Shown here: in pieces, positions 1 through 8,166 of the stretch
How positions within the stretch are numbered: position 1 is the stretch's first letter
Layout of the letters: every line of letters begins with the position of its first letter
Source of the DNA: a virus
Taxonomy: Duplodnaviria; Caudoviricetes
IMG/VR virus record: IMGVR_UViG_3300016667_000212
Location: 1-38,230 of that record
Strand: one strand, 5' to 3'
Length of the DNA: 38,230 bases
Translations under genes and position numbers: made by a program
The notes under the pieces: model-generated
What the model saw: the letters and a program-made list of their open reading frames with translations, nothing else
Database searches by the model: none
Told to the model about the DNA's origin: nothing

Positions 1-1608
1 CTGTACGGCGACACCGGCCAAGCCGCTGCGGCCAACGCTTTCATTGACAACCTCCAGACCCAACTGCAACAAGGCGGCAACGGCAGCAAGCTGCTCAAGA
101 GTGTGCAGCAGCTGCGTCAGGAAGCCCAGAGCATCTACCACTCGGAAAAGGCCGGCCACCCGATCACGCCCGAGATGCGCGCTCAAGCCAACGCCAAGAT
201 GGGCGCAGCCGACGCGCTGGAGCTGGCGATCGAGGAAAGCATTCCCGACACCAAGGCGCGCCAAGCGTTCGCTGACGCACGCAAGAAGATGGCGCAGACC
301 TACGATTTTGAGGCGGCCACCAACTTTGCGACCGGTAAGCTCGACCCGCAAGTGCTGGCAAAGATGGCCGAAGAGGGTAAACCCTTGTCGGGCGTCGTCG
401 GCGACCTTGCCAAGATCGCAGCCAACTACCCCGAGACGTCCAAGATCGGCGCCCAGCCTGAGCTGCGCCCGCGCCTGACCCGTACTGGCGTCAGCGGCAC
501 GATCGGCGGCGTGATCGGCAACATGCTGGTGCCGGGCGCCGGCTGGGTGCCGGGCACGGCCATCGGCGCCGGCGTGGGGTATGTGTCCAGCGGCATCGGT
601 GCCAAGCGCATGGCAACGCCTGAGTACCAACTGCGTCACGCTGTGCCGACCGACTACCGTCAGCCCGCGCCGTTCCAAGAGATCCCGCGCTCCAACGCGC
701 TGGTGCCCTACAACGCGCCGATCGAAGTGCTGCCGCCCGAGATTCGCCCGAATTGGGTCTACGGCCAGCCGTCGCCCAACATTCAGCCCGGCGTGGCCCC
801 GCAGACCAACATGTTGGCGCCGCCGTCTGCCGAAGGCACTATGAACAGATTACAAGCAGAACGCGAGCGAGCTGGTCAGATGTCGCGGGTGCTGGGCGAA
901 GCCGCAGAACAACGCGGAAATGTCGTCTACTACCGGACTAAGTCTGGTGAAATGACTACGACCCCGCCAAACGAACCAGCAGACATGTACACCCGCGTGT
1001 TCCGAGGTACTGGCGGCCCAGAAGGGCGCGACATATTTGAATTGCAGCCTATGGGGCCCTACACGCCGCCCAAAAAGGTCAACCGAGGTGAGCTCATGCT
1101 CGAAATCGACCCGGTCACCGGCCGCCTGCGCGAAGCCAGCCAAGGCATCAAGGGCGCCACGCCCGAGACGTTCAGCAACTTCGGCGCGTCCCTCGACATC
1201 GCGGCCAACAAGGTCGCGTCGGGCCAGCGTTTTGCGCTGACCGCTGCCGAGAAGGTGGCGTGGGACAAGACCAAGGTCGATCTGGCCGAGGTGGCGCCCG
1301 GCTTCAAGGCGCTCAACGACAAAGCGATTGCCGAGCGCATGCAAGACCGCGCATGGGTGGAGCAGACCGCCGTCAAGGCCCGCGAGAAAGCCGCCGCGTT
1401 TGAGCAGATCGCCCGACGTGCAGCCGATGAGCGTGCTCGTCAGACCGCGCTTGCCAACCGTGAGCGCATGATGACGTTGGCCGAAGAAATGGAAGATTCG
1501 TTGCGTGTCGGGCGCCCCACATCAGGTGGCGGCCAAGGCCCCAAGACCCGCGAGTTCAACCGCAATCGGTTGATCACTGGCACAAACAAAAACAACTTAA
1601 CGAGGTAG
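1..1608 (+). CDS. C-terminal 535 aa of the large DNA-ejection/internal virion protein (starts at 37271, about 855 aa in total)
   Basis: Frame open from base 1 (LYGDTGQ...) through the 103..1608 ORF and in frame with 37271..38230; Gly-rich hydrophobic segment GVSGTIGGVIGNMLVPGAGWVPGTAIGAGVG; last gene before lysis, the position of P22 gp16. Confidence 0.7.
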   Translation: MYGDTGQAAAANAFIDNLQTQLQQGGNGSKLLKSVQQLRQEAQSIYHSEKAGHPITPEMRAQANAKMGAADALELAIEESIPDTKARQAFADARKKMAQTYDFEAATNFATGKLDPQVLAKMAEEGKPLSGVVGDLAKIAANYPETSKIGAQPELRPRLTRTGVSGTIGGVIGNMLVPGAGWVPGTAIGAGVGYVSSGIGAKRMATPEYQLRHAVPTDYRQPAPFQEIPRSNALVPYNAPIEVLPPEIRPNWVYGQPSPNIQPGVAPQTNMLAPPSAEGTMNRLQAERERAGQMSRVLGEAAEQRGNVVYYRTKSGEMTTTPPNEPADMYTRVFRGTGGPEGRDIFELQPMGPYTPPKKVNRGELMLEIDPVTGRLREASQGIKGATPETFSNFGASLDIAANKVASGQRFALTAAEKVAWDKTKVDLAEVAPGFKALNDKAIAERMQDRAWVEQTAVKAREKAAAFEQIARRAADERARQTALANRERMMTLAEEMEDSLRVGRPTSGGGQGPKTREFNRNRLITGTNKNNLTR

Positions 1609-1610
1609 TC

Positions 1611-1823
1611 ATGGCGTTGGAAGGTAGCGCAGAAATCGATCTGGTCAAATACGGCGCCCTCTGGCAGAAGGTGCAGGACATGGACAAGAAGATGGACAAG
1701 ATGGAGCAGCAGATGGAGCAGCTCATCGACATGGCGAGTCGGTCGAAGGGCGCGCTGTGGCTTGGCATCGGCCTGTGGTCAATCCTGACCGGGGTCGTTG
1801 GGTTCTTCTTCGGCAAACACTAA
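1611..1823 (+). CDS. Small membrane protein (coiled coil plus C-terminal TM helix), holin-like
   Basis: RBS GAGG; heptad MDKKMDKMEQQMEQL; hydrophobic GALWLGIGLWSILTGVVGFFF; upstream of endolysin. Confidence 0.6.
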   Translation: MALEGSAEIDLVKYGALWQKVQDMDKKMDKMEQQMEQLIDMASRSKGALWLGIGLWSILTGVVGFFFGKH

Positions 1824-1832
1824 GGAGCTGAC

Positions 1833-2012
1833 ATGGCAACCAAGAACTGGATCGCTGGCGCGATCAAAAAGCCCGGCGCGCTGCGCAAGGAGTTGGGCGT
1901 CAAGAAGGGCGAGAAGATCCCCGCTGCCAAGCTCGCCAAGGCCGCTGAGAAGGGCGGCAAGCTGGGCCAGCGCGCTCGTCTGGCCGAGACGCTCAAGAAG
2001 ATGAAGAAGTGA
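1833..2012 (+). CDS. 59-aa highly basic protein (MATKNWIAGAIKKPGALRKELG...), not in the ORF track
   Basis: RBS TAAGGAG before ATG 1833; stop overlaps the endolysin GTG (GTGA); 15 Lys + 3 Arg versus 4 Glu. Confidence 0.8.
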   Translation: MATKNWIAGAIKKPGALRKELGVKKGEKIPAAKLAKAAEKGGKLGQRARLAETLKKMKK

Positions 2013-2389
2013 CCTTCAAGCTCGGCCCCCGTTCTGTCGCCCGGCTCAAGGGTGTGCACCCTGACCTAGTCAAGGTCGTGGAGCGCGCCATTCAGCTGTC
2101 GACGGTGGACTTCACGGTGCTGGAGGGCCTGCGCACGATCGAGCGTCAGAAGGCGCTCGTCGACGCCGGTTCCAGCCAGACCATGAACAGCCGGCATCTG
2201 GACGGCCACGCCGTCGATCTGGGTGCATGGGTGGACGGGCAGGTCGATTGGTCTTGGCCGCTGTACAGCCGGATCGCTGACGCCATGAAACGCGCAGCTG
2301 ACGAACTTGAAATCCCTATTGAGTGGGGCGGGGACTGGAAAATGAAGGATGGCCCCCACTGGCAACTCCCTTGGAAAGAATACCCATGA
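2009..2389 (+). CDS. Endolysin, M15-family (L-Ala-D-Glu) peptidase
   Basis: LxGVHPDL, EGLRT.ERQ, SRHLxGHAVD, WGGDW and DGPHWQ zinc-peptidase motifs. Confidence 0.9.
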   Translation: MTFKLGPRSVARLKGVHPDLVKVVERAIQLSTVDFTVLEGLRTIERQKALVDAGSSQTMNSRHLDGHAVDLGAWVDGQVDWSWPLYSRIADAMKRAADELEIPIEWGGDWKMKDGPHWQLPWKEYP

Positions 2390-2559
2390 TCAACGCAACC
2401 ATCATTCAAGCTATCGTGCGCCACCTGCTGACCGGCGTCGCCGGCGGTTTCGCTGTCAAGTACGGCATCGACGGCGGCGTCATGGACGCCATCATTGGCG
2501 GCCTGTCGGCGCTGGCTGGCGTGGGCTGGTCGATCTACGACAAGCGCAAGGCAGCCTGA
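2386..2559 (+). CDS. Putative holin (57 aa, two hydrophobic helices, basic C-terminus)
   Basis: ATGA overlap with the endolysin stop; IVRHLLTGVAGG ... AIIGGLSALAGVGWSIYDKRK. Confidence 0.65.
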   Translation: MINATIIQAIVRHLLTGVAGGFAVKYGIDGGVMDAIIGGLSALAGVGWSIYDKRKAA

Positions 2560-2751
2560 TCACAGCGCCTTCGCCTCGCGAAGGATCTCCATGCGCTCAC
2601 GGGCTGTACGCAGCGCCGTGTAGCGCTGGTGCAAACGCTCCAAAATCGAGATGCGTTTGCGCCCAGCGCGCTCGGCGTTGAGCAGCTCCAGCACCTGCGC
2701 TTCGTCAAGCAGCGCCAGCTCTTTGTTCAGCTTTCGCCAGTTCGTTTGCAA
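2560..2751 (-). CDS. Hypothetical protein (about 63 aa, TTG start)
   Basis: GGAG upstream of TTG 2751; LLNAERAGRKRISILERLHQRY; last gene of the leftward operon. Confidence 0.6.
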   Translation of the reverse strand: MQTNWRKLNKELALLDEAQVLELLNAERAGRKRISILERLHQRYTALRTARERMEILREAKAL

Positions 2752-2893
2752 TTTTCTTCTCCAGTTCGTCGATCTGCTTGCCCACGCGCAGCATGGCGCG
2801 CTCGGCACGGTTGTAGGCTTTGGCCCATTGGCGCTCTTCGGCTTTGGATGCCTTGAGCTTGGCCTTGAGCAGCTTAATTTTTGTCGAGTCCAT
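2705..2893 (-). CDS. Hypothetical coiled-coil protein
   Basis: RBS AAGGA; part of a chain of overlapping ORFs. Confidence 0.6.
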   Translation of the reverse strand: MDSTKIKLLKAKLKASKAEERQWAKAYNRAERAMLRVGKQIDELEKKIANELAKAEQRAGAA

Positions 2894-3077
2894 ATCGTTC
2901 CTTGATTACACGGGTGATGTCTTTGGGCGTCATGTCAGGGATCGCTGAGATCAGCGCGCACTCCATCGCCACCTTCTGCGCAAACTGGCGCATCTCTTTG
3001 ACCGTCATCACAGCGATCGGCAGCTGCTCAGTGGCTGCGTCGCGGATCATCTCGATCAGCTCTTCGTCTTTGATCAT
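2874..3077 (-). CDS. Hypothetical protein
   Basis: ATGA coupling to the upstream gene; phage-like codon usage. Confidence 0.6.
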   Translation of the reverse strand: MIKDEELIEMIRDAATEQLPIAVMTVKEMRQFAQKVAMECALISAIPDMTPKDITRVIKERYGLDKN

Positions 3078-3301
3078 GATGTGTACCCATCTTTCACCAC
3101 TTTATGCAGCGCTTCGGTCAGCGCGCCGATCAGTTGGAGTCGGTCTTGCGTCGGGCTTGTCTTGATCTTGAACTGCCCCCGGTCTTTCCAAAACAGCACG
3201 ACGACCGCCGTGTCCGGGTTCTCGTCTAACGCCTCATGCAGCATCTCTGCTGCGGCTTCTTTGTATTTGTCGCTGATTGCAACAGGTTGCAGTTTGCTCA
3301 T
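3074..3301 (-). CDS. Hypothetical protein
   Basis: RBS GAGGTG; ATGA coupling. Confidence 0.65.
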   Translation of the reverse strand: MSKLQPVAISDKYKEAAAEMLHEALDENPDTAVVVLFWKDRGQFKIKTSPTQDRLQLIGALTEALHKVVKDGYTS

Positions 3302-3510
3302 TTCGTCACCTCACGAATTGCTGTCTCAATCAGCGCCGACAATTCTTTCCACTCTGCGGCGGTGAATAAGCTCATGTGAAAATCACCGATGCGGGCTTCG
3401 TTGTCGTTCGGCACTTCACCGCGCTCTGGTTCTGGCTTCGTCACCGTGGTGATATGCAAACCGTCCATTTGGATGGTTATCTCCGTAACTTTTGATTGGA
3501 AATTGCTCAT
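3298..3510 (-). CDS. Hypothetical protein
   Basis: RBS GGAGG; ATGA coupling to the helicase stop. Confidence 0.6.
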   Translation of the reverse strand: MSNFQSKVTEITIQMDGLHITTVTKPEPERGEVPNDNEARIGDFHMSLFTAAEWKELSALIETAIREVTK

Positions 3511-4802
3511 TTCAGTTCCTCCATTGCTATGTCACTCAGGGCACGCTTGTCGTGGAGCGCCGCCCAGATGCGCTCGTCCACGGTCTTGTTGGTCATCAGG
3601 ACGTAGGCCCACACATCGCGTTGTTGTCCAGACCGATGGAGCCGTCCGACTGTTTGCTCGAAAAGCTCCAGACTCCACGGCAGGGACAGAAAAACCATGT
3701 GGCATCCGCCGTGTTGTAAGTTAAGCCCATGCCCTGCGGATTTTGGGTGCACGGCCAGAAGTCGTACCAGCCCGGCGTTCCAGCGAGCAATAGCGCCTCC
3801 ATCATCAAGAGTAACGAGTCCCTTGAATCGTCGCTTAAGTTCGGCCAGCTCTTCTTGGAACTGATAAACGACAATGGTGTTTGCATGCTGGTTCTCCTGT
3901 AGTAAGTCATCAAGGGCGTCAAATTTGTGCTGGCTGAACCAGACGGCGTCGGGTGTATATACAAACCCCGACGACATCTGTTGCAGCTTCTGCGTCACCA
4001 CGGCGGCGTTCTGGGCCACGGCCTGCGCATCGGGGAACTGCACCACGAAGTCCTTCTTCATCTTCTCGTAGGGCTCGCGGTCTTCCAGATCGGCGCGCAC
4101 TTCAACGATGTGCAGCGGCGGCAGCTTGTCCTTGTACTCGCCCGGCTCCAACACGAACGTCGCCGGCTTGATGCGATCCATGACCAGCTTGAGCGCGCCC
4201 GGGCGTGGCGTCCACTCGTCGTAGCCGCCATGCGTCGACAGCAGGAAATACTGCTGCATGAACGCACCCTTGCTGCGGCCCAGCAGCTGCTGATCGATGA
4301 TCTTGCACTGGCCGAAGACATCCTCCAGACCGTTGCTGGTGAACGAGCCGGTCAAGCCCCAGCGAATGCGGAACTGATCGATGACCTTGTGCAGCGCCTT
4401 GAAGCGCGCGCCAGAGGGGTTCTTCAGCTTGGTGAGCTCGTCGAACACGACGCCGTCGAAATGGCTCAGGTTTTGCTCGGCCAGCCACTGGAGGTTGTCA
4501 TAGTTGACGACGACCACATGGGCGTTGGAAAACAGCGCGGCGCTGCGCTGCGCCGGTGTGCCAACGCACACAGCGACCGTCAGATCGGGCGCCCACTTGG
4601 GCGCCTCGACCGGCCAGACGTCGGTGCACACGCGCTTGGGCGCCACGACCAGCCAACGACGCACGACCAGATCGCGCGCCATGTCGCGCATGGCCGTGAG
4701 CGTGAGCGCGGTCTTGCCCGCCCCCACAGGCGCCAGCACCATCGCCCTGTCGTGTTCGTACAGGAAGTCAGCGCCCTGCTCTTGGTAGTCTCTTAGCTCC
4801 AC
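3507..4802 (-). CDS. SNF2-family (SF2) helicase
   Basis: LRDYQ (Q motif), APVGAGKT (Walker A), VVFDE (motif II), LTGS (III), GHGLNLQ (V), QTVGRLHRSGQ (VI). Confidence 0.9.
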   Translation of the reverse strand: MELRDYQEQGADFLYEHDRAMVLAPVGAGKTALTLTAMRDMARDLVVRRWLVVAPKRVCTDVWPVEAPKWAPDLTVAVCVGTPAQRSAALFSNAHVVVVNYDNLQWLAEQNLSHFDGVVFDELTKLKNPSGARFKALHKVIDQFRIRWGLTGSFTSNGLEDVFGQCKIIDQQLLGRSKGAFMQQYFLLSTHGGYDEWTPRPGALKLVMDRIKPATFVLEPGEYKDKLPPLHIVEVRADLEDREPYEKMKKDFVVQFPDAQAVAQNAAVVTQKLQQMSSGFVYTPDAVWFSQHKFDALDDLLQENQHANTIVVYQFQEELAELKRRFKGLVTLDDGGAIARWNAGLVRLLAVHPKSAGHGLNLQHGGCHMVFLSLPWSLELFEQTVGRLHRSGQQRDVWAYVLMTNKTVDERIWAALHDKRALSDIAMEELK

Positions 4803-5113
4803 CGTTTCGTCTCCGGGTTGTATGCGCGGCTGCGCACATAGTCGGCCATTTCGGCGTCCGTCATGCGTTGCGTGACCGGCGCGGCGTAGGCGGATGGCGG
4901 GTACTCAAACACGTCGGTGCTGTTGAAATACTCGGCGATCTCTTTGGCGTGCGCCTCGTTGGTCACGACAGCGCCGGGCTTGTCGGGGAACGTCAGCACG
5001 TTGACGCCAGTTTTGTTCATCACACCCCACCACGTCGGCCCGACCTGCTCGGCCCGGTATGGCCCGACGGCAAAGGGTTTAGCTGGCACGGCTTTTAATC
5101 CACTCATCGACAT
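4793..5113 (-). CDS. Hypothetical protein (about 106 aa)
   Basis: RBS GGAG upstream of ATG 5113; overlaps both neighbours in the operon. Confidence 0.55.
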   Translation of the reverse strand: MSMSGLKAVPAKPFAVGPYRAEQVGPTWWGVMNKTGVNVLTFPDKPGAVVTNEAHAKEIAEYFNSTDVFEYPPSAYAAPVTQRMTDAEMADYVRSRAYNPETKRWS

Positions 5114-5354
5114 GTTCTTTACTCCATAAACAAACGTAGTTCTGGCGCAGCCGCGCCATCTCATCGGCGAACACCTTCTGCAACGGCGACAAGCGCCCAC
5201 CTTCGGTCTTGAGCTCGATGAACCATGTGCTGCCATCGGGCAGGCACACGATCCGGTCGGCCACGCCGCGCTGGGCCGGGCTCACGAACTTGTAGGCCAC
5301 GCCGCCGATACGGCGCACGCTCTTGACCAGATGGGCTTCGATGTGTTTTTCCAT
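5079..5354 (-). CDS. VRR-NUC domain nuclease (probable Holliday junction resolvase)
   Basis: EKHIE...YKFVSP..RGVADRI...FIELK...GRLSPLQ PD-(D/E)xK signature; typical position beside a SNF2 helicase. Confidence 0.88.
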   Translation of the reverse strand: MEKHIEAHLVKSVRRIGGVAYKFVSPAQRGVADRIVCLPDGSTWFIELKTEGGRLSPLQKVFADEMARLRQNYVCLWSKEHVDEWIKSRAS

Positions 5355-5361
5355 GCCCAGC

Positions 5362-5410
5362 AGTATACACGTCAAAAAGTTTTTGACAACCTGAATTTTT
5401 ATGATACAGT
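5362..5410. promoter_or_regulatory. Overlapping divergent sigma70-type promoters with a central dyad
   Basis: Rightward TTGACA(5383-88)-16-TACAGT(5405-10) preceded by TGn; leftward TTGTCA(5389-84)-16-TATACT(5367-62); inverted repeat GTCAAAAA-G-TTTTTGAC at 5371-5387. Confidence 0.7.
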
Positions 5411-5441
5411 GGTGGCTCAATCAATTACAGGAGAGTCCTCT

Positions 5442-6575
5442 ATGACCCAAGTTGCAGCGCATTCCAGCCTCGTCGGCGGCTCGACCGCCAGCCGTGTGAT
5501 CAACTGCCCCGGCTCGGTGGCACTGGTTGCCAAGATGCCACCCAAGCCCAGCAGCAAGTACGCCGACGAAGGTACGCTGCTGCACGACGTGATGAGCGAC
5601 CTGCTCTCCTCTGACAAGCACGTCAGCGATTTCCTCGGCCGCAAGTACAACGACATCGTGCTCACGCAAGAGCTGATCGACGAGAAGATCAAGCCCGCGC
5701 TGGAAGCGCTCAATGAGATCGACCCCGACATGAAGATGGAGATCGAGGTCGAGTCCCGAGTGGGCTTCGGCACCCTGATCCCCGACGCCTTCGGCAGCAC
5801 CGACGTGCTGGGCCGCCTTGGCAAGCGCACCATCGTGCTCGATTGGAAGTTCGGCGACGGCGTTCCCGTGCCGGCCGAGAACAACAAGCAGCTGCTCTTC
5901 TACGCGGCCGCTGCGCGCCTGACGCCTGAGACGCAGTGGGCGTTTGAAGGCACCGAAGAGCTGGAGCTGATCATCGTGCAGCCGCCCCACGTCAAGCGCT
6001 GGGTGACCGACTTCAAGACGCTGGAGAACTTTGTCCACGATCTGGTGCGCGCCGTTAAGCAGGCCCAGACCCCCAACGCCCCGCTGGCAGTGGGTGATCA
6101 CTGTCGCTGGTGCGCAGCCAAGCCGCTGTGCCCCAAGATGACCGGCGCTGCCGAGCGCGCGCTCAAACTCAAACTCGATGCGCTGGACAGCGCTGCTATC
6201 GGCAAGCTGCTGGGCCAAGCCGATCTGGTCGAGGAATGGATCAAAGACCTGCGCGAGCTGGCGTTCACCATGCTTGAGAATGACAAGCCGGTCGCCGGGT
6301 ATAAACTGGTACCGAAGCGTGCGACGCGTCAGTGGGTCGATGAGGCCAAGGCCGTAGCATATCTGGAGGCTCATGGCGTGAGCCCGCACAAAGAACCCGA
6401 GGTGATTTCTCCGGCTGCTGCCGAGAAGGCCCTCAAAAAGAGCAAGGTGGAGTTGCCCGACGACCTCGTAGTGGCGATTTCAACTGGCAGCACGTTGGCG
6501 CCGGAGAGCGATCCCCGACCCGCCGTGTTAAACGTGGGTAAGCAGTTGTCTGCTGCCCTTTCTAAACTTCAGTAA
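5442..6575 (+). CDS. Cas4-like PD-(D/E)xK exonuclease (DUF2800-like)
   Basis: RBS AGGAGA; HS..GGS...R...CPGS, ADEGTLLH, FGSTD, VLDWKFG, QLLFYA, GDHCRWCAAKPLCP. Confidence 0.85.
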   Translation: MTQVAAHSSLVGGSTASRVINCPGSVALVAKMPPKPSSKYADEGTLLHDVMSDLLSSDKHVSDFLGRKYNDIVLTQELIDEKIKPALEALNEIDPDMKMEIEVESRVGFGTLIPDAFGSTDVLGRLGKRTIVLDWKFGDGVPVPAENNKQLLFYAAAARLTPETQWAFEGTEELELIIVQPPHVKRWVTDFKTLENFVHDLVRAVKQAQTPNAPLAVGDHCRWCAAKPLCPKMTGAAERALKLKLDALDSAAIGKLLGQADLVEEWIKDLRELAFTMLENDKPVAGYKLVPKRATRQWVDEAKAVAYLEAHGVSPHKEPEVISPAAAEKALKKSKVELPDDLVVAISTGSTLAPESDPRPAVLNVGKQLSAALSKLQ

Positions 6576-6586
6576 GGAAGACAGTC

Positions 6587-7246
6587 ATGTCCAATCTCGT
6601 AGCTTTCAGTCAAGCCAACCTCCCCGCAGTCTCCAGCCTCTCAACGGCGTTGCGTGCACTTGAGAAAGATGTCGGCCCCGCCGGCACCGTCATTCTCAAG
6701 ATGGACAAAACCGGCCATTGGGTTTTCGGCGCCGACCAAACCGAAGTCGAAGACGATTCGACTTGGGCGGTCAATCCCTTCTCCTTCGTCCACGGCTCTA
6801 TCGCTTGGGGTGACGGTGAAGTGCTCGCCGAGAAAATGGTTTCTGTGTCGCAGCCCCTGCCCGAACTCGACGCAGCGCCTCCCGGCGCCAAGCGTGGATG
6901 GGAGACGCAGGTCGGCATGTCGCTCAAGTGCCTCAATGGTGAAGACAAGGACATGGAAGCGCGCTTCACGACCACCTCGGTGGGCGGCAAGCGCGCAGTC
7001 CAGACCTTGGCCCTCGCTATCGCAGCGCAGGTTGAGAAAGACCAATCCAAGCCCGTGCCTGTCGTGCGCCTGAAAAAGGATCACTACACGCACAAGTCCT
7101 ACGGCAAGATCTTCACTCCGGTGTTTGAGGTTGTCGAGTGGATCGGCATGGATGGTGGCGCAGCTGGCGCCGAGGCCGAGGCCCCTGCGGCCGAAGCACC
7201 GTCAGCAGCCGAGGAAGCACCGCGTCGTCGCCGTCGTGTCGCGTGA
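6587..7246 (+). CDS. Putative single-stranded DNA-binding protein
   Basis: Lies between the Cas4-like nuclease and PolA; aromatic-rich beta core; low-complexity Ala/Glu/Pro tail ending in RRRRRVA. Confidence 0.6.
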   Translation: MSNLVAFSQANLPAVSSLSTALRALEKDVGPAGTVILKMDKTGHWVFGADQTEVEDDSTWAVNPFSFVHGSIAWGDGEVLAEKMVSVSQPLPELDAAPPGAKRGWETQVGMSLKCLNGEDKDMEARFTTTSVGGKRAVQTLALAIAAQVEKDQSKPVPVVRLKKDHYTHKSYGKIFTPVFEVVEWIGMDGGAAGAEAEAPAAEAPSAAEEAPRRRRRVA

Positions 7247-7254
7247 GGTCAACC

Positions 7255-7425
7255 ATGTTGATCGATCTACACGTCAGCGAAATCAACGCAGCCATCGCCC
7301 TGTTCTCGGGCGTGGCTGAGAAGATTCGTGAGCAAGCGATTGCTCAATCGATGCCGCCTGCACCGATGCCCGACCCCAGCGTTCCAGACAACGCTGAGAT
7401 TGTGCCGGTCACCAAGGCTGAGTAA
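7255..7425 (+). CDS. Hypothetical protein (56 aa)
   Basis: RBS GAGGT; MLIDLHVSEINAAIALF... Confidence 0.6.
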   Translation: MLIDLHVSEINAAIALFSGVAEKIREQAIAQSMPPAPMPDPSVPDNAEIVPVTKAE

Positions 7426-7430
7426 GTCTG

Positions 7431-7467
7431 GGCCGGGGCCTTGTGAAAGGTTCCGGCCTTTTTCTTT
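7431..7467 (+). terminator. Rho-independent terminator
   Basis: GGCCGGGGCCTT-GTGA-AAGGTTCCGGCC followed by TTTTTCTTT. Confidence 0.85.
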
Positions 7468-7479
7468 CTGGAGAACGAG

Positions 7480-7665
7480 ATGCACCCCTACCAAGAACTC
7501 TGTCACCTGCTGCGCGAGTACAGCACGGCATGTGACGCCTGCGATGACGACGGCGCGCTGAAGGTCGCCATGGAAATTCGTCAGGCCGCGCAGCAGCTGG
7601 TGGTTCAAGCCGCTGCCAACACCAACCCGCCGACGGATCCGCGCCAGCTGGAGCTGCCGCTATGA
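7480..7665 (+). CDS. Small protein with a C-terminal beta-clamp-binding-like motif (QLELPL)
   Basis: RBS GGAG; ends ...DPRQLELPL*. Confidence 0.65.
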   Translation: MHPYQELCHLLREYSTACDACDDDGALKVAMEIRQAAQQLVVQAAANTNPPTDPRQLELPL

Positions 7666-7757
7666 ACACTTGGCCCTTCCCCCAACACCCGCTGCCGCCC
7701 TACAAAGAGCCGCGTGGCCCACGCTACCCCGCTGACGCAGAGGAGGCACCATGGTGA
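7662..7757 (+). CDS. 31-aa Pro-rich peptide MNTWPFPQHPLPPYKEPRGPRYPADAEEAPW, not in the ORF track
   Basis: ATGA coupling upstream; GGAG before the start; overlaps the start of the next gene. Confidence 0.55.
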   Translation: MNTWPFPQHPLPPYKEPRGPRYPADAEEAPW

Positions 7758-7942
7758 TTGACAGCTATATGGTCAAGTTCGTGCTCGTCAATCTGGTATT
7801 TTTTGGCGTCATCATTGGCGCGGCGATGTATCTGTCTGACCGATACGACGAGTACGCTCGCTGGTGCGAAGGTGCTGGCGGCGTGGTTTTGAAATCCAGC
7901 GCTGGCTATGTCTGCATCAAAGCAGAAAGGATCACAGGATGA
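7751..7942 (+). CDS. Small membrane protein
   Basis: RBS GGAGG; TM helix FVLVNLVFFGVIIGAAMYL; two Cys in the C-terminal part. Confidence 0.65.
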   Translation: MVIDSYMVKFVLVNLVFFGVIIGAAMYLSDRYDEYARWCEGAGGVVLKSSAGYVCIKAERITG

Positions 7943-8166
7943 AAGACGCCAACGACCACTACGAGCGCCTGTACGGCGATCTGGGCCTGCACCCCAAGGA
8001 CGCAGCGCGCTGGGTGTTCGCCTCGGGCTGGAACGCAGCCCTTGAGGAACTGATGAAGCGAGTCAACGCCATGCCTTTTGGTGACGACACCCGCGCATCG
8101 TTTGCCGTGTACATCGGCTCCATGATGCACGTCGATCCCAATACCATTTCGGAGCGCATGCAATGA
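7939..8166 (+). CDS. Hypothetical protein (75 aa)
   Basis: ATGA coupling; F..GWNAAL motif common in small phage proteins. Confidence 0.65.
   Translation: MKDANDHYERLYGDLGLHPKDAARWVFASGWNAALEELMKRVNAMPFGDDTRASFAVYIGSMMHVDPNTISERMQ

Noticed and set aside
5331-5441. Upstream extensions of ORF-track starts (5331, 5420, 8423, 18357, 23954, 26148)
   Set aside because: Downstream starts have RBS or stop-start coupling; the extensions run through promoters or other genes
5442-6575. Cas4-like gene as evidence of a CRISPR-Cas system
   Set aside because: Stand-alone Cas4-like nucleases are routine in phage replication modules; no cas1/cas2 or array
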